63,957 nucleotides of DNA, filler included, from Gonapodya sp. JEL0774 (GCA_027604505.1; 3 parts of 3 records of this genome joined end to end with filler, not necessarily neighbours in it), one strand, 5' to 3'; positions 49,369-62,898 are shown, numbered from the whole stretch's first letter. Program-made: numbers and translations. Notes: a model not told the origin generated them from the sequence alone.

Positions 49369-51455
49369 ATGCGGCTCCTTGTGAGGAAGCAAAATCACCA
49401 TTCCCAACCATTTCGTTCAACACCCCGAAAAGACTTCGAAAGACGGAGATTCTTGGATCTCCCCATCGAATTTGAGAATCGACGGAGCAAACTGAACACC
49501 CAAACGACCTCCACCGGGAAGGCGACAAAAAAGGGGCGAATGCTCGTCCACCCATCCATGACTTCTTTCACTGTTCAGCAAGAAACGCAAATGGCACACG
49601 GACATGGATTCATCATGACGCATCCGGGGGTCAATCAGTCGTTGCCGGGTTCTCAAGGTCCTGCTGTTCTTGTTCAAACTTGCCGCATCTTTGACCTGTC
49701 GAAAAACGATGGATTGCCTGTGGAACTATCTGCACAAACGTGAGTTATCTTTTGATCATTGATGTAGCATTGAGGGATTGATGTCTCGACATCTTCTTTG
49801 ATTGGCTTTACTAGGCCCATGGTGTGGAAAAAGACAAGGGAAAATTCGAAGCGTCTGTCGTTCGAAACAGAATGGTCGAGCATGCTGCCACACGGAATTT
49901 TAGAAGTGAGACATGTCACTGATCGATCATCTGCTGGAGAAGCTCCTTGAAGCTCCGTGTTCATCTCCATGCTCTCTCTCAGGTCTCTCTCCATCACAAA
50001 TCGTCTCCCGAAACAGAGCAAGCAAAGCACCGCTATCTCATCTCCCCAAGCACGAAAAAGTCCGATACCAACACATGGACAATCCTTCGAATGCCCAGCG
50101 AGTTCACGCCGTCCGTTGCTCCCCAAGTGGGCACACTCCGGCTCTCTCCTCAAAACAGCGCAACTCCCATTTCACCAGCATCTGCGGTTCCGCTGACCTG
50201 TAATATCGAGCTTGACGCCTTTCCTCGTTGGGAAAGACACGGGAACCGGAGTGTGGACGCTCGTTTCTGGAAGTTCCGTGTCCGCATTTGCTCGTCCGAA
50301 GGCTCGCCGGCATATCTGATCTCAGAAACAAACTACGTGGACGTGAGAACAGAACGGCATACAACAACCAACCCCCGGAATCCTAAAATCAAGGAGGAAC
50401 CGGGTGTCCGTTCGACATCACCTTACCCACACACGTCGCCTTCACGACAAATTAAGGACGACCAAGCACAGCGACAGCGCAGCGTAACGTCCACGGAAAC
50501 CCGAGGATCGTCTGAGCGGACGCTCACCAACTGTCCCGACAGTCCAGCCAGCCCGAATAGTTTGAGCCCAGGTAGCACGGTGAATCGGCTCATTTCTGTC
50601 ACGGTAAGTGTGTTTGTTCAGAATTTCGCTGCTGTTCTGCCGCGCATCGCTTTCGATTTTCTACTTGATGTATGGACCATGAACGTTTCCCCTCCCTTCT
50701 CGTCCTCACCTCACCTGTCCCCAGCCGTCGCCGCACCACGACGTCGACAAGGTGTCTTCATTCTTCCCATTCCCCACCGTTCACACACCACCACCGATGG
50801 ATCTCACGGGCCACAACCTTCTGCCCAATCTTCCAAACGATACCGTGCCTTACGGTGTATTGAACAATTTCATTTTCAACGGATCAGCGCCACCTGCAGA
50901 GGAATATTTAGGCAATAACATGAGTATCGAGCCGAGTAGTGGGCCATGCGATGGTGGTACGCTTGTAACAATCAAGGGTTCTGGGTTTGGTGGTGAGTTG
51001 TCGATTTGGGGGAGACATCACCAGGGTTGAGACACTGAAACATCAACAACTAACTTTCAGAGAATCCTGTCGTCCAATTCGGCTCCACAATTATTCCCGC
51101 GCATCGAATCATCCAGCGCTCGGCGACGTCAATCTCTGTCGTATCACCTCCCTCGACCGGGCCCGCTTCCGTCACCATACTTGTGTTCAACCACGCTTCT
51201 GCCCCAGTCAGCACTCTAAAAGCGACATTCAAATACTATGACTATCCAAACAATGTACAACCACTGATTACGCATCTACGGCGATTAGAGGAGGAGCTCG
51301 AGAGGGTGAAAGTTGAGTTGGTGGAGGAGCGAAAGGGGCGTATGGAATGCGTCGGTATGTGGCTCAAGTATAACGAGCAGGGACAACAGCTGCAGGCAGC
51401 TGGAAACTGGCAGACTCCTGTATATTCTTTGCAAAACGAATGGCGAAGTTTGTGA
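49369..51455 (+). CDS. IPT/TIG-domain protein, possible transcription factor
   Basis: SIEPSSGPCDGGTLVTIKGSGF|ENPVVQFG..VVSPPSTGP..FKYYD is an IPT domain, followed by a short coiled coil. 5' exon structure unresolved. Confidence 0.6.
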
Positions 51456-51546
51456 CGTGCCAAACGTTTAATTTGATTCTATAAATTGTTGTTGTACCAT
51501 TACTACTGTAGCATTGTACTCAATTCGAAGTTATGTAAGTCGATTT

Positions 51547-52798
51547 CTACATCTCGTCTTCTTCGAGTTCCGCAAACGGATCTTCCTCCGGAAAGTCTCC
51601 CGCAGTGACACGATTAGGTCGGACGAAGGCCCCATGGTTAGGCCGTGCGGTGAAGACACGGCGACCAGAAGGCAGGCTGAAGGGGAAAGATTTGAAAACA
51701 AGAGGTTATGATCGACACGGACACGGGAAGAGCACCACATCTCCACAAATTGAGAATTCACCTCCCATCATGCTTCCCCAGTGGCTCGTCATACTCTACT
51801 CCGACCCACCACCCTGCGTTGAGCTCCTCGATCTTCCCAACAAACCGAACGACCCCCCTTTTCTTGCCGCCAGCAGATCCCGACCCCGCTGCTGAAGAAG
51901 ATAAGGACATTGTGTCCGCATCGTCACCACCGTCCGACTTTGCTCCGCCACTGTCCACCCCACCACTCGATGGATCTACTTCACAACGGTCCCCAACATG
52001 CAAAAGGTCGGCGGAGGATTTGTACTGTTCTGGGTCGGGGGGTGCGGCAGGAGCAAATTTTCCTAGCTTGTTACGTTGTAGGAAGGCACGAACTGTGCCT
52101 GGTAAGAGAAGGCCGGTGTGTTGTGTGAGAGGATGTCATTCTCAGATCTTGAGAAGATTATAACAATCTGCTCCACGTGGTACTCAAGAATAACAATCGT
52201 TGCCGAGGAGATCTTATTGTGCATGCAAGACCAACCCGAATCGACGCAGTGCAAAACCTCCACCAACTCCAGTTGACGCGCGCCTGCATCCAACAGAACT
52301 CACCACTTCGATTCTGATATTCTGTTTCTGATAGCTCGAACTTCTCCACGCGACTGAGGTCTGTAAATTCCCCCTTCTTCTGAAGCGGGTCGGAACTGGC
52401 AACGTCCAGTCTGAAGTAGTCCTCCACCGGGTAAAATCCGAGCATTCGCGAATCATCACTGTCAAACGTGCATATGAGCGCTCCGGAGCCGTCAAAAAGG
52501 CGCAACCGTTGAGTCGAAGCTGGAACGCCGGTCAGAGGTTCTAGACGGTCCTTGAGGGACAAACGGGGTCCACACGAGCCAGAGCAGATCCGAGGAAGGT
52601 TCACAATGCGTTTTTACTCCATCTCGGGTATCGACATTGAATAATCTTCGAATTGTTTTGTGTCCATCTGCATCCCACCTTGAGCTGGCCAATTCCGATT
52701 GATTTGTCGAATCTCCGCTCCGAGGACACGCCAGAAAAGTCTGACGTCACAAAAAGCGTCACTACTGCGGATGTTCCAGGAATTCGAACAACATTCAT
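51547..52798 (-). CDS. TBCB: Tubulin-folding cofactor B (Ubl + CAP-Gly)
   Basis: SSERRFD, DLSRVEKFELSETEYQNR, VGDRCEV, WVGVEYDEPLGKHDG|S, GAFVRP and GDFPEED..EM*. Confidence 0.92.
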
Positions 52799-53047
52799 GG
52801 TGGTGATGGTGTTCGAACAACACCGAACTCAAACACTGTTGCAGTGTTCGACAATAATACAAATTCCAATCACATGTTTTTCTCTTTAAATATTGACAGG
52901 GAAACTATTTCAAGGGTGATCATAAGATACTTCTGACGGATATATATAGGGATGCCGTTGATGTTTTTCTTGATTTTACTTCCTCTTGCTTTCCTCCAAT
53001 CAGTCCTGACAACATTTCCATAATTTAATCGATTCTCCAACATCAAC

Positions 53048-56000
53048 TCAAGCAGCACCACCAGCGGGCCTGCTAGACGCATCGTCTGACGTAGTCAAAC
53101 TGGCAAATGCGTAAGTAGTGGGTATTGTCCAGCCCGCTGTGGTGCTGGGTCGGTCCTTCGAAGTGGATCGCTCAGGGAACGTTGGCGCATGTTCAACCGG
53201 CATATTACCCGGTAGATCTTCAAAGCATACCAGAGGGAAGAAACCGAATCGGGCGGTGGCAAGATTGAGACCCTTCGAGGAAAACGCGAAGCGGTTAACA
53301 TTTACCGTCCCCAAACGTTTGAACATATGTCGCAAAACACCACTTACCCATGCCCATCCATCGGAGTACTCCACTCTTGGAGATACTGCGTCGCCCACCC
53401 TTAGCACCAGCTCGTCCTCCAACTTGGGGGGGAAAGGTACCACAACACAGTGGAGAGGGGCTGCAGGTTCCGCTTCGAGCTGCACCACAAGATCTTGAAT
53501 CACACGAGCCTGATCATTCGTGCGTTTCTCCAGTTCTGCGTTGGCTGCCAAAAGTTCAGCGACGAGTGCCCGATCTTTTTCCAACTTTTCGATCAATGCG
53601 ACCTCATGATCGAATTCCTTTTTCAAAAGGTCCAAATTTTTCTGAAGCTCCGAGTTCTGAGACTGGAGTTGTGGCAGAAGAGCGCGCACATCGTCTTCTT
53701 GGGAGCGAGGTTCTTCAAGCAAATCTGACACGACCGCTAGAAGCACCGGAGTGTCCAGAAAGGGATCAAGTAAACGACCGTCGCTCAAACGCTCAAACAG
53801 ACGTGCAATAGAACTAAGTGTAAACCCTCACCTGCAGGTTCGGCAGAAGCAGCCGCTTCCGGTGCGGCGCCCACATCCCGGGACACCATTGGGGTTATCG
53901 ATGAGCCATCCAACAGCTCAAAGAACTGCTTATTTGGAAGTCTTCTGGCGGCAGCGATACTCGTGTCCGTCACCGGCGAACCGTGCTGAAGCAGGATGCG
54001 CACAATTTCAAGATCCGGAGAAAGTTTGTACTTTTCGCTCAAGCGGTCGTTCTTCGACGGGTTTATATAGATCACATGCGCTCCTTTGATGTTGAAGGGT
54101 TTTGCAAAGGACGTGGCAACCGCGAAGTCGAGAGCAGATGGATACCGATTGGTAGAGAGCCACCTGGAGGGACCCTCCCAGTCGCGTTGCTGCCAGGGGT
54201 CGAAGTAGTTTGGCGTCTTCCATTCAATAGGTAAGCTGGGATCCGCGCCTGAAAAGGAATGCTAGATGGCAAAAGGGTTAAATAAAGATCGCAGAAACTA
54301 AGTTGCATACCTGAATCCAACAACTCTCGCAAAACATCGTGCCTTTTGTCCCTGATTGCTATTGCAAGGGCAGATTCCCCCAAAATTGTTTCGTTCCTGG
54401 TTTCGTTGGTTGAAGATCCGCCTATGTCCGAGAGATTTCGTCCCACAAATCGCTTGTAATACGTCACTTCTAGACTGACTACTTTGCGACAATCAGCATT
54501 GGCGCCATCTTTCAAGTGAGCTTTAACAAGATTTAGATCTCCTTCTTCGACAGCGGTGAAGAGACGATAGTCAACATCACTAATTGGTGATGGTTCCGTG
54601 GTTGTTGGTGCAATTTTGGTAACATCAGAAGGCAGGGCGAGCGCAGGTGCTGAGATTTCCCGTGAATACTTATCCCCCACACGCGTAGGTTCGCCGTGCT
54701 CTTCAATTTCCACAGTCTCTGTCTTACCAGATCGAATGACTTTTCGAATGATTGTACGTGTGGTTGTTGTTTCAATTTCGTCTCTCCCTTCATCCTCCAA
54801 AACCTCTTCGACATCTGGTTCTCCCGGACGCACAACACGTCGTATGGTCCGATGAGTTGTGGTGGTCACCGAATTCTCTTGTGTCGGGTCCTCCTTCACC
54901 CCTCTGTCAACGGGGTCAGTGTCTGATTTCACCACCCGGCGCACAACTCTACTTGTCGAGGAGGATGTGGTTTCAGGTAAATCTTCGTCCATAATTTCCT
55001 CTCCGGGGGATTCCACATCTCCAGATTTACGACGGACGAGTTTGCGGGTAACTGTGGTTTTGGCACTTCCATCCGGCGGGATAGAATTAACAGCGTCTAT
55101 GTTCGCTATTACGGGGTTCACCACGGGTGTAGGCAGTCCCGGCGAATCCGGCGATTCGGCTTCCTTCAAAGAATTGAGTGACGGCGATTCAACCCCAATA
55201 TCCTTGGCCGGAACTGGTGGAATACTTCTTGAAAAATCTTTTCCGGGTGCATTCAATGAAATCTGAGGTGGCGGTGAACTCATAGGTTGGGGGTTAGATA
55301 AATTGGGTATGTCTTTAACAACCGTATCGTCCACTTCCATCATTTCAGACGTCCCCGGGCGCTGAAGAACTCTTCTTTTGATAATGGTGGTGGTGGTAGT
55401 GGTGGTTCTTTCGAAGTCGTCATCTCCCGTGATCTCCTCCCCATTGAACTCTCTGCCCTCGGCAACGCGACGTGTGAGTTTACGTGTTGTCGTGGTTTTG
55501 GCAACGCCGTCCTCTGTGAAGCTAGTGGAAGCGGAACTCCCTACCTGCATTGTTGGAGAAAAAGTGAGGTTCTCTCGTTGGCGTGGAACCATGGGAATTC
55601 GTCGAGTTTCAGCTCCGGGCGTGCTATCGGTCATATCCACATGAGACTCTTCGGGAGATGGTGGTGCTGCTGTGTGCAACTCAGAGAAATTCTTTGATGG
55701 AAACTCTTCGATGTGTTGTGGTTCGATAATGGATGCGGGAACTACAGGCTCATCCCTTGACGCAAACACCAGTGGCATCTCGGTGTCTTGAGGACGATCT
55801 TCTATTGGAATTGGAACACTTGCGAGGTTTCTCGAGCCCGCATGGTGCCCCTCAGAAAGGTCAACAACCTCTTCACCAATCGCACCCGATCGAACGATAT
55901 GTCGGACAATCCTCCGAGTTGTAGTCTTGGTGGTCGTTGCGCTGTCATCATCATCAACCAACTGCTCCTCAAAATTCCCTGCTTTTGGAGAGTGACGCAT

Positions 56001-59000
56001 CGTGCGAGTGGTGGTCGTTGTTGCACTTGTTGAAGTTACGTCGGGCACAGGTGAAGACACTGTTGGCTCTCCATCTTCAGAGGGAACCGCGACCGGGAAC
56101 TCCTTTGGAGCGATCCCCTCAGGTCCTTCTGTCGTGCTTGGAAATGGCGACATATTCCTTGGGAGAATCGCGGCAGTCGACTTATCACTCGTGTCTGCCC
56201 CACGATCCTGTGGAAATGCTGGTGTTACTATCTGTACCGAATTGGAATCGGCAGATGGGCTTGAGTGCAAATCCCTCATCTGCGAAGATTGCATGATAAC
56301 TGCTGGTAAATCTCTTGGAGTAACATCTTCGGGGACTGAAACTTCAGTTCCTTGGCGAACACCCTCCACTGGGACGGTCGTCACATCTCTTTCGTGGCCG
56401 ATTTGGTGTTCTGGACCCTTTTGCATGTCTCTGACATCCGGTTCGGTGATGATCTTCTCCTTTGTTTCTATTTTATCAACAGGAAGATCTCTTGACGTTT
56501 CAGCAATGGGTTCACCAGAGGGATCTGCACTGACAATCGCATTCAAGGGGTCTGCTGCAGCAGATTCTAAGTTCGCTTGGACACCGGCGGATGCCGGAGT
56601 CACATCGTCCTTCGCGGTGTCGGAATCGTCGTCTTCGAAGAGTTCCTCTGAATTATCTCCTCTGCGGAAAATTCGCCGGGTCGTACGCCGTGTCTTAGTG
56701 GTGGTCAAAAGTCCACCTTGGTCATCATCGATCAACTCCACCTCGGATTCCCCAGTCTTCACTGTACGATGCGTAAGGGTGCGTGTGGTTGTCGTTACTG
56801 TATTGACCTCTGGTGCAGCCGGCTCGATGGCAATTTGGACGGGGGCATCCGGTGTCGTCGAAGATTTGTCCTCAGCTGGGACAGGTGGCAGATCCCTGGA
56901 GACAATGGCCATGGGTTCTGCCGCTCTACCATCCTCTGGTGCCATGTACTCCAGATCAGGGGCCCCTGCTATATCTCGTGAACCGTCCTCGGGCTTGTGC
57001 TCAGTTTCAATCTCTCGTGGCTGTGCAACCAATTCCACCGGGTGTTCTGCCTCATCGGTTGGACTCACCAGCTCTTTCGGAAGCATTCTTGCACCGGAAC
57101 TTTCCACATCCGCAGACTTTTCTTCTGTGATTGGGGTTGGGGGCAGAGCATCCTGGACCTTCTTTTCTTGTGCAACGAACTCCACCAGTTTCTTGTCTTG
57201 TCCTCTCTTCGCTGCTTGCACTGCGGCGGTGGTGATTTTACCACCATACTTGAGAAGGAGTTGCACAATCTGCATGTTTGGCAGAAGCGGGAACTCGTCT
57301 CGTCGTGCATCTTGCGAGACTGGATTGTCCAGAATAACATGTCCGCCCTTCTCATTGAACGGTCGACCGTGCGAAGTTGTAAGAGCAAACTCCAGTGCCG
57401 ACGGGTACTTGAAGGTCGCGAGCCAACGGAACTTGCCAAACCACTCGTTGTGGGTCCATTTGTCATAAAAGTTTGCCGTTTTCCAATCGATTTGGCCGTT
57501 TGGATCAGCCCCTGGATTCAAAAGAGCAGTCGTAATCGCATGTTCATCGCCATGATTAGACTGGTCAGTTATGAATCTGAGGCATACCGAAACTTACCTC
57601 TTTCTAGCAACGCCCTCACAATCTCGACAGGTCGTTCATCGGTGGCTCCATTGCGAATAGCCAGGCAGAGCGCAGACTCAACATATTGAGTGTCTTCATA
57701 CTTCTCATCGTCGCTCAGAGCAACTTTGAGCGTGACCACTTTCCGGGCGTTGGGATCTGCACCATCAGCAAGCGCATTCTGCACTCCCTCCAAGTCATTT
57801 TCTTCCGTGGCTTCAATCAAGCGCTCGTTCGGGGTCTTCGTTGATGGTGGGCTGTCAACGTCGCGAGCCAACAAAGTGTCTGCGTCAGGTTCTGGCTCAA
57901 CCGCAGCATCACCGACGATATCCTCGTTCACGGAAGGAACTACCCACGGATTGACAAACGTGTGAGCAAACGAGTGTATAATTTATGGCCGCTGTGAAAG
58001 AATCATAAAAGGGTCACACACCTTCAGCAATTGTCTCTTCAACGTCCCTGGGGTGCCTGGGGTAATCTGCGACCACGGCCCGACTTGAATCACTTCCAAG
58101 ATCGCTGGCCGCCTCTGGGACTGACAAAACCTCCTCAACCAGTGGCTCCTCGTTTGGTTCTTCCGCTGCTGGAAGGGAACCGGCATCCGGTTCGGTGATG
58201 ATCTTCTCCTTTGTTTCTATTTTATCAACAGGAAGATCTCTTGACGTTTCAGCAATGGGTTCACCAGAGGGATCTGCACTGACAATCGCATTCAAGGGGT
58301 CTGCTGCAGCAGATTCTAAGTTCGCTTGGACACCGGCGGATGCCGGAGTCACATCGTCCTTCGCGGTGTCGGAATCGTCGTCTTCGAAGAGTTCCTCTGA
58401 ATTATCTCCTCTGCGGAAAATTCGCCGGGTCGTACGCCGTGTCTTAGTGGTGGTCAAAAGTCCACCTTGGTCATCATCGATCAACTCCACCTCGGATTCC
58501 CCAGTCTTCACTGTGCGATGCGTAAGGGTGCGTGTTGTTGTCGTTATTGTGTTGACCGCGGGTCCAGCCGGTTCGATGGCAGTTTGGACAGGGGTATCTG
58601 GTATCTTCGGTACAGCCGCGACTGGCGATCGATCCCTTACTACAGTAGGAAGTTCCTCCTCTTCAGCCGAAACAGATTGCAGATCCCTGGAGAAATCGGT
58701 TATGGGAACTCCCCGTTCGATTTGTTCTGGGAGTTGATCAGGCTCAACTGGATCACCCACTAGATCCCTTACGCCCTCATCAGAATCGTTCTGTGCTTCG
58801 CTCGATCCGCCCTCCGCCATAGATTCGACCTTAAGTTCCGCTGTTACAGTTGGAGGTGTTGCTAAATCTTTGGGAACTTCTTCAGCATCAGGAATTATTC
58901 CACTTGGTAACTTATGATCAACTTCAAGTATATTGCTGTTCAAAATCAAAGCCGCTGAGATTGGATCCTCCAAAGGCTGCTCGGCTTCGACAGCTGAATC

Positions 59001-62000
59001 ACCAACTGCACCATCATCTGAAACGGCATTCATCTCCTGAGGCGAAGTATCAATATTATTCTCCAAACCCAAATCTCGAGTCAATGCAACCCCAAACGAT
59101 GGCAGCAGTCCAGAGTCCATGGGGGAGTTTTCATCAACCAGAATTTTACCAGTAACAGCTTTTGTACGGTTACGTGCATTCGTCTCGGTGGTTCCATTTG
59201 AATTTTCCTCGACAAATGGAACGGTCTTTGGCTCCAGAATCACCTTGTTATCCAAAGATTTGTTTGTAGCAACGGTTTCCCGTTTTGGAGTGTTCTTGAT
59301 TTCCGGTTTCGTCCGTCCTGGCCCAGGACCGGGGGCCGGAACGGTAGGAGCCATTTGTAGCGCCTTCTGCTGCTCAATGAAACGCACAAAAGATTTGTCC
59401 TCGTGCTTTTTTGCAGCTTGAAGAGCTGTGTTTGTAATCTTTCCACCATGTCTGAGTAGAAGAAGGATGATGTCCATATTGGGCTTCAAAGGAAACTCAT
59501 CCCTACGGACATCTTTGTCTGCGGGGTTGTCCAGAACAACGTGTCCCCCCTTCTCGTTGAAAGGTTTCCCGTGTGCAGTTGTCAGGGCAAATTCCAGTGC
59601 CGAGGGGAATCGGTACGTGGTTAGCCAGCGGAACTTGCCAAACCATTCCTTGGGGGTCCACTTGTCAAAGAAGTTTGAAGCCTTCCATTCAACCACTGCG
59701 TTAGGATTCGCACCTACATAAATGAAATGCGGCATTCAATCTCAAGAAATCAGCTAGGGAGCTGCCATACCATCACTGACCAGCATTCAACAAGGTCTCC
59801 ACGACTTCCACCGCTCGCTGGTCTGCAGCTCCATTGCGAATGGCGAGACACAACGCAGATTCCATCGCCAGGGTGTCTTCCACCTTCTGACCATCACTCA
59901 AATTAACCTTCAATGTGACGGATTTCCGGGCGTTTGGATCAGCACCATCAGCTAACGCTTTCCGAACACCCTCCAAGTCGTTCTCTTCCGCAGCTTCTAT
60001 GAGTCGCTCGTTCGCAGTACTGTCTCGAGGCTCAACAACCGCGAAACCACTGGCATCCTCTGGAACAGTTTCACTTTGCAATGATGAGTCGCCTAGAGGT
60101 CCATCCTCAGATTCTTGGACTGTCGAAGTAGCCAGTCCCTCGCTGGACGAAAAAATGTCCCTCTGAATCTGAGCTGGAACATCACCAAAGGATGTTGAAT
60201 CGGCTCCGGTTTTAACATCAGACACCGGATCGACAACTGTGGCAGGGAAGGTCTCTTCAGTCAGGGTGCGGGAGCTCTCGGCCATCGCTCCTGACTGGTC
60301 ACCGTTTTTGGATGTTCGAGTTGAGTGAGACGAAGGTTTCACAGGCGCTGTTGACATATCTTGGGACTTTTTCTCCTGCTCAACAAAGCTCACAAATGCC
60401 TTATCATCGCTTTTCTTTGCAGCTTGAAGCGCCGAAGTTGTAATTTTGCCGCCATGGCGGAGCAGCATTATGATTATTTCCATGTTCGGTTTCAAGGGGA
60501 ACTCGTCTCGCCGAACATCTTTGTCTGCAGGGTTGTCCAGAACGACGTGACCCCCTTTCTCGCTGAACGGTTTCGCACGGGCAGTAGTTAAAGCGAATTC
60601 GAGCGCAGAAGGAAACCTATATGTTGTCAGCCAGCGGAATTTACCGAACCATTCCTTCGGTGTCCACTTGTCAAAGAAGTTCGCGGCCTTCCATTCAACC
60701 ACCGCATTAGGATCAGCACCTAAACAGAACCGGTATCCAATCAATGGTACGAATCCACAGCATGGTCCCAAAACCGGACTCACCCGCGGCCAAAAGTGCT
60801 CGAACAATGTTCGCGGCGCTGCGTTCGGTTGCGCCATTTCGGATCGCAAGGCACAATGCAGACTCCATAGCAACAGTGTCTTCGACTTTCTGCCCGTCGC
60901 TGAGATTGACCATCAACGTGACGGATTTCCTAGCATTTGCATCGGCGCCGTCCGCCAACGCCTTCTCAACCTCCTCCAAGTCATTCTCTTCCACAGCTTC
61001 TATAAGTCGCTCGTTTGGAGTCCGATCTCGCGCCTCAAGCAAAACCGTAGCTTTCGAATCTTCTGGTACCGCACTGGCCGGGACAGAATCACTCGAAGTT
61101 TTATGCTCCGCAAGATTTGTTTCTTCTTCCAAACCCCGTATTTCATATGATTGAGGAATCTCCTTGAGTCTTGAGGGTGATATCTCATCGGTATTAGGCG
61201 CACTTGATTCAGGAACACCCTGCACTGGCACTTCGTATTCCGTGGACGACAACACAGCTGCAACCGGCGCGGGCACGTCGTCCTCCAAGACTCCCCCGGC
61301 TGCGTGTGGTTCATCCGCTCTGTTACCAGACCGGAAGAGCCCTGTTATAGTCGAGACTGCGGAGCTTCCAGCAGCCATTGCCGGTGCGGTGACGTCGGCA
61401 ACACTCGGCAAGGTGATGTGGGGAACTGACGGCATAGAAACATGTGGCATCGAGACGTGTGGCATCGACACGTGGGGCATTGAGACGTGCGGCATAGAAG
61501 GCATCTGAAAATGGGGAAACCCCGAGAAAGCGGACAGCACTGAGGTTGTCTCTGGCGCTTCTGAAGCTGCAAAACACAATTAAATTGAAGGCTTACAGGT
61601 GAACAAGCAATTCGAAGCGTCAAATTTTCCCTCACCATCGCTGAGATCTCTGAACCTGGCTGCACCATCGTCATTGACTACCATCGAAGTGGGAAGCGTC
61701 TGTTCAACAGCGGATGGATGATCAACGGCGGGGTTTTCCATGGTGGGAACATCTGAATTATCGATTGGAACTGCATCGTTGATTCAAAGTATGTTCAAAA
61801 AAAATTCCCCAAAACTTCAAATTTTCATCGACACACCTGATGGCTCTTCAGACGTACCAACAGCTGAGGAGGATGAATCCACCTCCATTCCACGACGGAT
61901 CTCGTCATTAGCTGGCGCAATAGGCAGCGGTGGTGCAGCCAGCTTGTCCACCCCTGTTGCTTTCGTGACAGCTGCAATAACCTCCTCAGGGACCGCAGCG

Positions 62001-62898
62001 ACGACATCGGCTTTCCTCGACTCAGATTTCGGAGGAGCCTCGACTAACTGCAAAATTGTATGTTCGGGGAGCTTTCTTGCTAACTGGACGATCGAGGGAG
62101 CTACTTTAGCCCCGAATTGCAAAAGAAGCCGGATAATCTCGATATTGGGACGAAGTGGAAACTCGTCTCGGCGCTGATCCTGGTTCGACGGGTTATCTAG
62201 AACGACGTGCGCGCCCTTTTCGCTGAATGGGCGCCCCTTGTTCGCAGTAAGAGCGAATGCGAGGTATGATGGGTACTTGTAGGACGTCAGCCAACGGTAC
62301 TTTCCGTTCCATTCCTGCGGTGTCCACACGTCAAAGTAATTGGACGCCTTCCACTCAACGGATCCATTTGGATCACAGCCTTAAACATTGATTGTCATTT
62401 TGCCATGGCGTGAATGTGTGCGGACAGATATTAGAGCTCTGAAGGGACTCACCTGCTTCCAAAAGCGCTCGTACAACTTCCACTGCGCGATCGTCAGAAG
62501 CTCCATTTCGAATCGCCAACGTCATGGCAGATTCCATCGGAAGTGTATCCGTTTTCATCTCTCCGTCTTCAAAGTTGACTTTCAGTGTCACTAGTTTTCT
62601 CGCGTTGGGGTCCGCACCCTGCTGAAGAGCTTTTTTTACAGCTTCAGCGTCATTTGCCTCAACGGCATCGATGAGCAACATAGTTGCCTCAGCATTTGCG
62701 GTGCGAGGGCCAGTGATGGCTTTGTCGGTAGGGCTGAACTCGGGACTGGCATCCTGGGTGACCACGTTCGGATCTGTCCCCGAAGCTTGCCCGACAAGAC
62801 TTATATCGCTTGACCGTGCTGTCCCGATAGTATTGGCGTCGGGAGCAGAATCCGCCATCGTGACGTGGTCCTCGTGGCTGACTGTAACCGGCACAACC
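53048..62898 (-). CDS. Giant protein (roughly 3000 aa): five ankyrin-based modules, acidic linkers, coiled coil and C-terminal SH3; 5' end unresolved
   Basis: Five copies of LIEAxExNDLExVxxALxDGADxNARK..ESALxLAIR..LLxxG|ADPN..W; SH3 PFPPKLEDELVLRVGD..YSDGWAW|GLNL..GFFPLVCF. Exons joined by GT-AG introns. Confidence 0.8.
56435..56855. repeat. Intragenic direct repeat, copy A
   Basis: 56435-56765 reads identical to 58184-58514 (offset 1749, in frame), with diverged similarity for about 90 bp more. Confidence 0.9.
58184..58604. repeat. Intragenic direct repeat, copy B
   Basis: Matches 56435-56855. Confidence 0.9.
61432..61505 (-). repeat. 15-bp coding tandem repeat (MPHVS x4)
   Basis: Translation QMPSMPHVSMPHVSMPHVSMPHVSMPSVPH. 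Confidence 0.85.

Noticed and set aside
56002..57468. 488-aa plus-strand ORF and similar antisense ORFs
   Set aside because: Shadow frames of the large minus-strand exon.
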